Assembly: GCA_045105515.1 (NCBI GenBank)
Contig: JBGCDR010000407.1
Location: forward strand, 1 to 34,472
Direction: 5' to 3'
DNA: 34,472 nt
From: Oligoflexales bacterium
GTDB taxonomy: Bacteria; Bdellovibrionota_B; Oligoflexia; Oligoflexales; Bog-1112
Shown: piece by piece, positions 10,601-18,349 of the stretch
Numbering within the stretch: the first letter of the stretch is position 1
Layout: each line of letters opens with the position of its first letter
The notes under the pieces: model-generated
Database searches by the model: none
What the model was told of the DNA's origin: nothing
Seen by the model: only the letters and a program-made list of their open reading frames with translations
Made by a program: the position numbers and the translations under genes

Positions 10601-10884
10601 AGCAGGGAAGAACTGTGAATGATGGGGAGGTGAAAACAGCCTGTCAACAGACCTGCCCTAGCGATGCTATTGCTTTTGGCAACTTAAACGATGCACAGAG
10701 CAAGGTTTCTAAAGAAAGGAAGAACTTTAGGGCTTATCTCATGCTAGGCGGTGACCCTGAGCATGGTCACTACGGAATCAAAACATTACCAAATGTTAAC
10801 TACCTAGCTCAGATTACCCATGAAGAACCTGCTACTGGCTTTGGTAAGCAGCAGGGGCATGGCCATTCAAATAAAGGACACTGA
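7690..10884 (+). CDS. actB: Alternative complex III ActB (molybdopterin-oxidoreductase-like domain fused to an Fe-S domain)
   Basis: Tat motif DRRDFMR followed by GATAC (lipoprotein Cys); EGRPVKLEG..HP; HYLEAWGD; WLQE-like VLQETPD. Fe-S motifs CNGCGACMVAC, CQHCNHAPCEAVCP, CVGTRYCANACP and CSFC...ACQQTCP; NPDVTVRTRGVMEKC. Confidence 0.95.
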   Translation: MSLEHDKDELAKLEHKPHVEAPDGDFEAPAKELVPGPYYMAADERMPELAADEPSMNGPNLDSKGKPFPVDRRDFMRLFSASAMFGATACIRRPAETAIPYVKQPIDQVPGVATNYATTCGDCASACGIVVKTREGRPVKLEGSDEHPISQGALCAMGQASIQGLYHPERLNGPHIRHGRRLDPANWDETFAQITDQLKGKTKVGIFTSGSTGHRNEFLSQVLNNIGSSEEHLYAWEPNSLFSSISKAHELAFGHADLPRLELPLAKVIVGIGSDFLEVGTSPVYHTKGFALSHAFKNGRKGLFVQLESNFSLTGSSADQRHIIKPGSETTSTLLLVKSLFENSASKGSPGARNKIKAILDEHKSKLKNAYTDVGTSKDIFDELANKLLQEPSVVVAGGSSNFDENATLLQLATIMANQLTGAYGRTLKFEKGWMNSPVKSGELQRFLKNSEQLEALIVIDSNPVFSTPDSWAVEKALDKIPLIISIQSFPNEIDHFAKFVLPNHHYLEAWGDEQSIAGVWSTRQPTVRSTTNSRQAEDILLWILAYMDKSLPYKDYQAFLKDKWRAIYAVSGVKHDYDVFFKFVLKRGFVGSLSSRSVGELRDLKSYFPSLPVSKKGFVLCSPLDHRLQDGRGANLPVLQETPDSMTSVTWDTWIAINPKTMKKQGIKQNQLVQIETNSGTIRAAAYPLPGLEPNTLIVPRGNGHTDERSTISFNNGVNPLPVFAKNIDKLSGEPVTSLQEVKITATKDWYRLAATQKQNDIANRNEIVKKLSLTNAKKIQNKSVDLDTVPDLYPNLEKATHHWGMSVDLDKCNGCGACMVACSLENNVPQVGREQILLGRTMHWIRLDRYFYGEIDNPSVTYQPVMCQHCNHAPCEAVCPVFATTHDPEGMNSMTYNRCVGTRYCANACPYKVRRFNWWTHKWGTMGKREQDRNPRALNPDVTVRTRGVMEKCSFCVGRLRDAKHYAKQQGRTVNDGEVKTACQQTCPSDAIAFGNLNDAQSKVSKERKNFRAYLMLGGDPEHGHYGIKTLPNVNYLAQITHEEPATGFGKQQGHGHSNKGH

Positions 10885-10938
10885 GCAAATTAGGCTTAGT
10901 CTTTCTTGTAACCTAAAAATGCCAGGAGCGGAGCGTCA

Positions 10939-12294
10939 ATGAGTGACGAGTTTGTGTGGGATAAAACAGTTTCTGATGTAAATGATGGGATTTTAAAAGC
11001 CACCGAAAAACCCCATCCCTCTTATTATGTCGCCTTAAGCCTATCGTTAACATTTCTAGCAATAGGTATCATAGCTTGGGCGCTACAAATTACTTATGGT
11101 ATGGGAACTTCGGGCTTAAATGCTCCAGTATATTGGGGTACGTACATAACAAATTTTGTATTTTGGGTTGGTATCGGTCATGCTGGAACTTTAATTTCAG
11201 CAATCCTTTTTCTGTTTAGAGCTAAATGGCGCAACAGCATTAACCGCTCAGCAGAAGCGATGACCGTTTTTGCAGTAATAACTGCTGGACTCTTCCCCTT
11301 GATCCACGTGGGTAGGGTCTGGCTTGCTGCTTACTGGATGCTCCCACTGCCAAATACCAATAACCTTTGGGTAAACTTCCGTTCTCCACTGCTTTGGGAT
11401 GTTTTTGCAATTTCAACTTATCTAACCGTTTCGCTCTTATTTTGGTACATGGGTCTAGTTCCTGACATTGCCTCTATGCGTGATCGGGTTAAAGGCTATA
11501 AAAGAGCTATGTTCGCTTTCCTTTCATTTGGCTGGACAGGAACTTTAAGACAATGGCACCACTATGAAGCTGGTTATGGCTTCCTAGCAGCCTTAGCGAC
11601 GCCACTAGTGCTCTCGGTACACTCTATTGTTTCTTGGGACTTTGCCATGTCAGTGCAACCAGGCTGGCACACCACGATCTTTCCTCCCTACTTCGTAGCT
11701 GGAGCGATTTTATCTGGTTGTGCCATGGTGTATACATTGGTCTTACCTTTCAGACGCATGTTTAGAATGGAAGGATTTATCAGACCTGAGCACTTAGAAG
11801 CTCTGATTAAGCTCACCCTGCTCACCTCTACCATCGTTGCTTATGCCTATGGTATTGAATTTTTTATTGCCTGGTACAGTGGTAACCCATTTGAGTGGGC
11901 AATTTTTGTGAAACGAGCTATTGGCCCATACTCTTTCTACTTCTGGGTTATGGTTTTCTGCAACTGCATATTCCCATTGGTTTTTTGGTCAAAAAAAGTG
12001 CGCAACAATCAAACGATTTGTTTTATTGTTTGTGTGCTCGTCAATGTAGGCATGTGGTTTGAGCGATACAACATCATCGTTTCTAGTTTGGTTGAAGACT
12101 TCGTTCCTGGCTCTTGGGGGCACTACGAACCCTCATTGACTGAAATCGCCATTACTCTCGGTAGTTTTGGCTGGTTTTTTACCTGGTTACTTATTTTCTG
12201 CCGCTTCTTCCCCTTTGTTTCTATGTCGGAGTTGAAGCTAATAATGCCAAAGCCTTTGCGACCAAAAACCAAGTTAAATGAAGTAAAAGGTTAA
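10939..12294 (+). CDS. actC: Alternative complex III quinol-binding membrane subunit (NrfD/PsrC family)
   Basis: NFVFWVGIGHAGTLISAIL, WRNSINRSAEAMT, IHVGR, SPLLWDVFAISTY, LATPLVLSVHSIVSWDFA, GWHTTIFPPYFVAGAI and GMWFER; polytopic membrane protein. Confidence 0.96.
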   Translation: MSDEFVWDKTVSDVNDGILKATEKPHPSYYVALSLSLTFLAIGIIAWALQITYGMGTSGLNAPVYWGTYITNFVFWVGIGHAGTLISAILFLFRAKWRNSINRSAEAMTVFAVITAGLFPLIHVGRVWLAAYWMLPLPNTNNLWVNFRSPLLWDVFAISTYLTVSLLFWYMGLVPDIASMRDRVKGYKRAMFAFLSFGWTGTLRQWHHYEAGYGFLAALATPLVLSVHSIVSWDFAMSVQPGWHTTIFPPYFVAGAILSGCAMVYTLVLPFRRMFRMEGFIRPEHLEALIKLTLLTSTIVAYAYGIEFFIAWYSGNPFEWAIFVKRAIGPYSFYFWVMVFCNCIFPLVFWSKKVRNNQTICFIVCVLVNVGMWFERYNIIVSSLVEDFVPGSWGHYEPSLTEIAITLGSFGWFFTWLLIFCRFFPFVSMSELKLIMPKPLRPKTKLNEVKG

Positions 12295-12311
12295 AAAGGG
12301 AGTCCTAAGAC

Positions 12312-12836
12312 ATGAACAAAGTCAGAAACAATGGAATAGTTGCGATTTACCGGTATCTCGATGATGTATGCGAAGTTATTGAGTCAATTGAAAAACGCGA
12401 CGACTTCAAAGACCATGAAGTTATAAGCCATACTTCATATCATGAACTGATACATCTAGCTGAAAAGAAATATGGCATAAGCCAAGTTCGCTGGTTTACC
12501 TTAGCAGGTGCTCTAACAGGAGTTTTTACCGGTTTTGCTATGCCTCTTTGGATGGATTATGACTGGCCTCTTGTCGTAGGTGGCAAAACTGCTGGAGTCT
12601 ACTCTCTACCGGCATACGTCGTATTTGGATTTGAACTTATGATCCTGCTTGGTGCCATTGCAACAATTCTTGGAATCTTTGTTATGGGGAGGTTTCCAAA
12701 CCCAAAGGCAACGGTTTTTGACACGCGCACAACCGATGATCGCTTTGCTGTATTCGTTCCAGGGGCGAGTATTGACAGCCAGCAAGCAAAACTTCTCAAG
12801 GAATTCGGCGCTGAAGAAGTTTACAGTACCACTTAA
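12312..12836 (+). CDS. actD: Alternative complex III subunit D (DUF3341)
   Basis: Two TM helices, DWPLVVGGK, FELMIL, and T-DDRF plus GAEEV at the C-terminus; follows actC. Confidence 0.92.
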   Translation: MNKVRNNGIVAIYRYLDDVCEVIESIEKRDDFKDHEVISHTSYHELIHLAEKKYGISQVRWFTLAGALTGVFTGFAMPLWMDYDWPLVVGGKTAGVYSLPAYVVFGFELMILLGAIATILGIFVMGRFPNPKATVFDTRTTDDRFAVFVPGASIDSQQAKLLKEFGAEEVYSTT

Positions 12837-12861
12837 GATACCAACTAGATGAGGTTCGCTG

Positions 12862-13401
12862 ATGAGGTGGAAAAGTTCGTTCTTTAAATGTTTAAGCGTA
12901 AGTTTGGTATTAGTGGTGGCTTCATGTAGGAATAGTCCAAACCAAACCAAACTAACATACATGCCTGATATGGCCGACTCTCCAACCGTGAAGCCGCAGC
13001 AGGATTATCTTGACCCTCCTGTAGGAAGTGTTGCGCAAAATGCTCCTTTATACCCACCGGAGGATCAGGTTGAAATTTGGGAAAAAACCCTGAGTAATCC
13101 CTATTATCAGGTTAGTAAAAAGTCTCAGGAAGAAGCTAGAACAGAGGGTGCATACCTTTATGAAACAAACTGCAGCCCATGTCACGGAAAAAGCGGGAAA
13201 GGTGATGGCACTGTCACAGACAAATACCCACCACCACCTGACTTGACCAATGAGCTGTATGCCGAACGCAGAGATGGTTTCTTCTTCCACAAGATCACGG
13301 TAGGGGGACCTATCATGCCAAGTAGGGGTGCCGAGACTTATACCCATGAGCGTTGGAAAATCATCTTGCACCTGCGTACGCTACATAATGGAAAACCTTG
13401 A
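12862..13401 (+). CDS. actE: Alternative complex III monoheme cytochrome c lipoprotein
   Basis: Lipobox VASC, YMPDM, PPVGSV, CSPCHG..GKGDG, DGFFFHKIT.G..IMP and ERWKII. Confidence 0.92.
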   Translation: MRWKSSFFKCLSVSLVLVVASCRNSPNQTKLTYMPDMADSPTVKPQQDYLDPPVGSVAQNAPLYPPEDQVEIWEKTLSNPYYQVSKKSQEEARTEGAYLYETNCSPCHGKSGKGDGTVTDKYPPPPDLTNELYAERRDGFFFHKITVGGPIMPSRGAETYTHERWKIILHLRTLHNGKP

Positions 13402-13508
13402 CTAAAAATTGACGCAAGGTGAAGGCAGCAAATGTGAATAGACTATAATTGTTTGCTCTGAAATTGGTGCTTAAAATATTACAAAACCATGGTGGATAAG
13501 GTTGAGCA

Positions 13509-14759
13509 ATGAAACATAACGATGATTTATACGAAAAAAGGAACAGCTTTTTCCTCGAACTATCAAATGCAGGAAAAGGCGGCATTTTACTTGCCATAAT
13601 CATTGGAGTCGTAGTTTTCGGCATCGGACTCTTCGTCGAACCAACCCGTACTTGGGGGAGTTTACTTTTTAATCTTATGTTCTTCTTCTCATTAGCTCTT
13701 GGAGGAATCGCTTTTGGAAATATGCAGGATGTGGTAGGGGCAACCTGGGGGCGCCCAATTAAGCGTATCCATGAGTCTTTTGGTGCCTTCATACCTTGGG
13801 CATCTGGCATATTTATTTTCTACTTGTTGGCAATTAAACTTGACCAACTAGGAGCTGGAAAGATTTATAAATGGGTTGCGGATCCACATATGCTCGATCA
13901 TTTTTACGGAAAAAATATCTGGCTCCAGTATGACTTTATGATGATCAGAGATATCGTTGCTGTTGCTTTGATAGCTGGATTCTCTTGGTGGCATTTAAAG
14001 ATCACAAGTCAGCGAGACCTTGCCTTGGTAGAAGGTCGTAAAGACGATGCTAAGCGCCTTGGAGAAGAAGCTAGACAAACCTTAAGATTTTGGTCAGCTC
14101 CCATTCTATTGATTTATGCTTTTGCCTTTTCACTAATTGCATTTGACTTGACCATGTCTCTTGCTCCAACGTGGTTTTCCACCCTATGGGGAGGATGGAG
14201 CTTTGCTATCATGATGCAAACTCTTATGGCATTTACGCTTATAATGATGTTTTATCTAAAGGAAAGTAAAATTGGTGAATACATCAAGCGACAGCAGTTT
14301 CATGATATTGGTAAGTTGATGTTTGGCTTTACGGTATTTTTCGCGTACCTAACCTATGCTCATATACTGACGTATTGGTATGGGAACGTTCCTGAAGAAA
14401 CTTCATACTTCATTGTGAGACTAGAGGCACCTTGGATTTATATTATATTTGCTTCTCTATTTCTAAGTTTTTTCTTTCCTTTCTTTGCAATGATTCCTCG
14501 TATTAGCAAATGGACTGGAGCCATTACTATCCCCGTAGCTTTGGTAATCTTGCTAGCTCAATGGCTAAATTATCTTTTAGTTGTGATTCCTGAAGTCGTA
14601 CCTGAAGGTACAAGTTGGATGTTCCCCTGGATAGAAGTTGGCGTTTTCTTTGGTTTCCTAGGCTTATTTTTATTTAGTATTTTCCAGTTTGGTAAGAAAG
14701 TCCCAATGCTAAGCATTGCCGATCCCTTACTAGAGAGTGCCCTTCAAGACGAGCATTGA
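13509..14759 (+). CDS. actF: Alternative complex III membrane subunit F
   Basis: Polytopic protein with W...KRIHE, DLTMSLAPTWFSTLWG, HDIGKLMFGF and WYGNVPEET motifs; last gene of the act cluster. Confidence 0.92.
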   Translation: MKHNDDLYEKRNSFFLELSNAGKGGILLAIIIGVVVFGIGLFVEPTRTWGSLLFNLMFFFSLALGGIAFGNMQDVVGATWGRPIKRIHESFGAFIPWASGIFIFYLLAIKLDQLGAGKIYKWVADPHMLDHFYGKNIWLQYDFMMIRDIVAVALIAGFSWWHLKITSQRDLALVEGRKDDAKRLGEEARQTLRFWSAPILLIYAFAFSLIAFDLTMSLAPTWFSTLWGGWSFAIMMQTLMAFTLIMMFYLKESKIGEYIKRQQFHDIGKLMFGFTVFFAYLTYAHILTYWYGNVPEETSYFIVRLEAPWIYIIFASLFLSFFFPFFAMIPRISKWTGAITIPVALVILLAQWLNYLLVVIPEVVPEGTSWMFPWIEVGVFFGFLGLFLFSIFQFGKKVPMLSIADPLLESALQDEH

Positions 14760-14890
14760 CACCATCAAGCTCTATAATAATCCGTAAAATCCAACTAAAC
14801 TCTCAAGTAGTGGCTTCCTTCCCTAATCCAGTCAAAAAGTTCCTGCACCTCCTCTTGAAAAAAGGAAGTTTCGTAAACTCGCCACATAAC

Positions 14891-14918
14891 TTGACGCCTC
14901 TAGCGCGCACCGTTTAAT
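14891..14918 (+). promoter_or_regulatory. Possible sigma70 promoter for the dehydrogenase gene
   Basis: TTGACG, 16 nt spacer, TTTAAT, about 50 nt upstream of ATG 14969. Confidence 0.35.
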
Positions 14919-14968
14919 ATTTCAGAAAATCAGTATGTACAGAATAACCCAAGCAAAGGGGACAATAG

Positions 14969-15919
14969 ATGAGAATCGGCTTTATTGGTCTTGGAAATGT
15001 TGGCTATAAATTGGCCAACAGCCTCTTAGAAGAAGGCTTTGAGCTAATCATACACGACTTGGAAAAAAAAAAGGCTGATCCTTTTATAGCAAAAGGAGCT
15101 AAATGGGCAAAAAGCCCTGCTGAACTTAGCTTAGAAGCTGAAGGAATTATAACCTGCCTTCCTAGCCCAGGAGTTGTCAGAGAAGTTATGGAAGGCGAGC
15201 TTGGAGTTTTGAGTTCCATAACATCTGGAAAGATCTGGATTGAGATGAGCACTACAGACGATCAGGAAATGAAAAGGATCGCAAACAGAGTAAAAGAAAA
15301 AGGTGCAAATGTAATAGAAGCACCAGTTTCCGGTGGTTGCCATCGAGCAGCAACAGGCCAGATTTCCATTTTTGTTGGAGGAGATCGCGAGGCTTTTGAA
15401 AAGGCACTGCCCGTCCTAAGCTGTATAGGATATAAGATCCTTCATGTAGGTCCTATTGGGAGTGCCTCTATATTGAAAGTTGTAACTAACTTTCTGGCAT
15501 CAACCCATTTGGTAGCCCTAGGTGAAGCACTTATGGTCTGCAAAAAAGCGGGCATTGACCTGAAGAAAGCATTTGAAGGCATAAAGATAAGCTCGGGAAA
15601 CAGTTTTGTTCACGAAACCGAATCTCAGGTCATAATGAATGGTAGCTACAATATCAACTTCACTTTGGATTTAGTTTGCAAAGATGTAGGCTTATTCAAA
15701 AATTTGTCTGAAACCTATGGAGTCCCTACGGAAATTTCAAAGAAAATTTTTGATATTTTTGAAGAGGGTAGAAAAGAATTTGGAGATAGAGCCTGGTCGA
15801 GTATGATTGTCAAAAGAATTGAGAACCACTGTAAGACTAACTTAAGAGCAGATGGTTTCCCAATCGAACTTGAAGATCATAGTAAACGACAAAAAGGTTA
15901 TGAAATCATCACAGACTAG
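14969..15919 (+). CDS. NAD(P)-dependent beta-hydroxyacid dehydrogenase (3-hydroxyisobutyrate dehydrogenase family)
   Basis: Rossmann IGFIGLGNVG, TCLP, EMST, EAPVSGG and catalytic Lys in GSASILKVVTN, plus DLVCKD. Substrate cannot be assigned from sequence. Confidence 0.88.
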   Translation: MRIGFIGLGNVGYKLANSLLEEGFELIIHDLEKKKADPFIAKGAKWAKSPAELSLEAEGIITCLPSPGVVREVMEGELGVLSSITSGKIWIEMSTTDDQEMKRIANRVKEKGANVIEAPVSGGCHRAATGQISIFVGGDREAFEKALPVLSCIGYKILHVGPIGSASILKVVTNFLASTHLVALGEALMVCKKAGIDLKKAFEGIKISSGNSFVHETESQVIMNGSYNINFTLDLVCKDVGLFKNLSETYGVPTEISKKIFDIFEEGRKEFGDRAWSSMIVKRIENHCKTNLRADGFPIELEDHSKRQKGYEIITD

Positions 15920-16383
15920 CTCTTCATTTCTAGTTCTTTTTGCATATCAAACAACTTTTTTCGGTAATGATTACGCTCTACCAATAAATCTAATCTTAGT
16001 TTCACAAGTGAAAAATCTTGACTATTGCAGACATAATCGTCAGCACCTAGTTCTAGCGCCTTATGAATAAATCTTTTGTCTTCGTATTCAAGAATAAAAA
16101 TTATCGCAATTTCACTTTGCGATGTTTCTCCACGTTTATCAATCCTAAAGTTTTTCACAAACCTAAGCACTTCAGCATAGGCTCCAGAAACATCTAAGAG
16201 GATGCAATCTATGGCCTGATTTTTTAATATACTATGGGCCCGACGAAACGAGTTAGCAGTAACAACTGAATAGTGAGTTTTCTCAAAAAAGCCTTTGATC
16301 ATTTTGAGGTAAGGTGTATTTTTACTGATGGCAAGCATATGAAGCTTCTTTTTACCTGAATTTAAATCAATACTATTTCTCAA
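15916..16383 (-). CDS. Atypical receiver (REC) domain protein with a C-terminal coiled segment
   Basis: REC pattern DCILLD...IIFI...ALELGADDYV; TTG start with GAGGT RBS. It lacks the acidic pair, the Thr/Ser and the Lys. Confidence 0.75.
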   Translation of the reverse strand: MRNSIDLNSGKKKLHMLAISKNTPYLKMIKGFFEKTHYSVVTANSFRRAHSILKNQAIDCILLDVSGAYAEVLRFVKNFRIDKRGETSQSEIAIIFILEYEDKRFIHKALELGADDYVCNSQDFSLVKLRLDLLVERNHYRKKLFDMQKELEMKS

Positions 16384-16400
16384 TTATTACCTCTGTTTGT

Positions 16401-16895
16401 TTATAAAGAAGAAAAATTAGATATTTCTGCAAGACAGTAGTTTTCAATTGATAGAAGCAGGTTGTTTTGATCGATAAGCAAATAAGATTTTTCCCCAAAG
16501 ACTATCTCACCTTGTAACCATTTATTTTTCCGAAGCTCTGTCCTTAAAGGTGTAAGATGCTCTTTGCGGGGAACAAAAGTTGCATCTATTTCATCAACAA
16601 GCAATCCAAGCTTGTTTTTAGCACTTTTCAGACCTGAACGGAGAATCATAATTTGTGGTTGTTTGATATGCTCAAAATCATCACAACCAATAAGACGGTC
16701 TAATCTTAGGCAAGGGAGGTGACTTTTACCAAATGCAAAAAATCCAGAGAATATTTTTGGCAAGAAGCAAGCACTCGATAGGGGAAAATAATGAGCAATT
16801 TTCACTATATAGTCTTTAGACAAAGCAAAAGAATAGTTTCCAAAGCTAAAAAGGACAACTGCATTTTTTTGTGAATCTTGGATCAAGCTGCTCAT
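16401..16895 (-). CDS. CheW-like protein
   Basis: VVLFSFGNYSFAL..D.I, P..FSGFF.F....LPCLRLDRLIG, LGLLVDEI and YLLID: a CheW domain pattern. Confidence 0.8.
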   Translation of the reverse strand: MSSLIQDSQKNAVVLFSFGNYSFALSKDYIVKIAHYFPLSSACFLPKIFSGFFAFGKSHLPCLRLDRLIGCDDFEHIKQPQIMILRSGLKSAKNKLGLLVDEIDATFVPRKEHLTPLRTELRKNKWLQGEIVFGEKSYLLIDQNNLLLSIENYCLAEISNFSSL

Positions 16896-17260
16896 ACCTT
16901 AAAAAATATCAAATTCACCTTCACATAATATTTTAAACTTGTTTTCTAAAATATCATTGGCTCTTAGTAAATTCTCTTTTATTTTTAGACTACTAGCTTA
17001 AGACCTAGATTTGGCAAAAGATGCCCTGCAATGTTGACATAGCATAGCTTCATTAGCCAATTATGGGCCCATGCAAGAAAAAAAAGCAAAACACCAAGAT
17101 CAAAAAATCATAAATATATACATAGAAAGGTTGAAACAAGAGTATATCCATCATTAAATCGTTTCTTTATCCCATATCGGAAGAGCACGCATCCTATTGA
17201 GGGCTAGACATGTTAGAATAGACGGTAATCTACGAATCTAAGACTTTCGAAGGGGGAAAT

Positions 17261-17491
17261 ATGTCTCAAAGCCCATTTAACTCGGTGACCAGAGTAGCAA
17301 TTGAGGAGATGATAAGAGCACAGGGAACCCCTTCGAAATTTGGACTTTTTCTCTCAGATGAAGAAGTTCAATCCCTTGTATCTGACTTGGTACGTCTACT
17401 AGAAACGAGCAGAAGCTTAAAAGCTGCAGGAGATAGGTATCTCAAACAAGGCCCAGTAAAAGGAGATGTGCGAAGGACGGTTAAAGTTTAA
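17261..17491 (+). CDS. Small hypothetical protein (76 aa)
   Basis: ATG with AAGGGG RBS, plausible helical composition, isolated in intergenic space. Confidence 0.65.
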   Translation: MSQSPFNSVTRVAIEEMIRAQGTPSKFGLFLSDEEVQSLVSDLVRLLETSRSLKAAGDRYLKQGPVKGDVRRTVKV

Positions 17492-17634
17492 GCTCTTATT
17501 CCTTATTGAATCTTACTCGACACACAAATCTAATTTCTTGTCGAACAAACCCAAATACCAAAAACAATTTTCTGTAGCTGGAAAGAGCTTAAATGTTTAT
17601 TCTAAAGTTTTGGCTTTAGAAATTGGGAAAACAA

Positions 17635-18219
17635 ATGTCCATCGAACTACCAATTAAAGGAAAAAGCCCCGAAAAATGGGCTAATTACATTACTGATAAC
17701 CTTGATGAATTTCTTCAAGATCATGCTGCTTGTGAACGCAAAGCAGCAGCTCTCGCCATGTCTTTTGTAGCAAAATATCCTGATAGAACTGCTTTGATCG
17801 ATCCCATGATTTCGCTTGCACGAGAAGAATTAGAACACTTTTCACAAGTATTTCATTTAATTCATAAACGAGGTAAAAGCCTAAAAAGCTGCGATGAAAA
17901 AGACCCTTACATAAATGATATTCTGAAAAGCCTCAGGCATGGGCGCGAAGAAAGATTTTTAGACCGGCTTATCATGTCAGGCTTAGTAGAAGCACGCGGG
18001 TATGAGAGGTTTCACCTGTTGTCGAAGCATTTGGGTGACCAAACTCTGAAAAATTTTTATTCGCAACTTGCCGAAAGAGAGGCTGGCCACTATAAAATTT
18101 TCGTAAGAATTGCAAGCCTTTACTTCCCTTCGGAAGAGGTCCATGAAGCGATTAATAGAATATCCGATATAGAAGAAACAGCTATGAAGGCTGCTCCTAT
18201 TAGGGCTACCCTTCACTAA
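17635..18219 (+). CDS. miaE: tRNA-(ms2io6A37) hydroxylase, diiron carboxylate protein
   Basis: DHAACERKAA, LAREELEHF, DPY, LDRL...VEARGYERF and EAGH motifs. Start set at ATG 17635. Confidence 0.92.
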   Translation: MSIELPIKGKSPEKWANYITDNLDEFLQDHAACERKAAALAMSFVAKYPDRTALIDPMISLAREELEHFSQVFHLIHKRGKSLKSCDEKDPYINDILKSLRHGREERFLDRLIMSGLVEARGYERFHLLSKHLGDQTLKNFYSQLAEREAGHYKIFVRIASLYFPSEEVHEAINRISDIEETAMKAAPIRATLH

Positions 18220-18349
18220 AGATCTAGAGATGATCTCTGACTTTTACTTGTACAATGGAAAAAGCTCTGTAATAACATTAAGTAACTAGCTTTTTCGATA
18301 CATTGGCTAAATAAAGGGGACCAGCAAAAAATGATGCGAAAGGAATCTA

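Noticed and set aside
13402..13508. Possible small actG-like ORF in the actE-actF gap
   Set aside because: Only very short frames were found, with no plausible start plus RBS.
15063..15072. A10 homopolymer as a phase-variation tract
   Set aside because: The frame is intact (EKKK), and A-runs are frequent in this AT-rich genome.
17071..17157. 28-codon ORF MQEKKAKH...
   Set aside because: No RBS; low-complexity A-rich intergenic sequence.
17466..17657. 63-aa ORF bridging the small gene and miaE
   Set aside because: It overlaps both neighbours, and its composition resembles translated promoter DNA.
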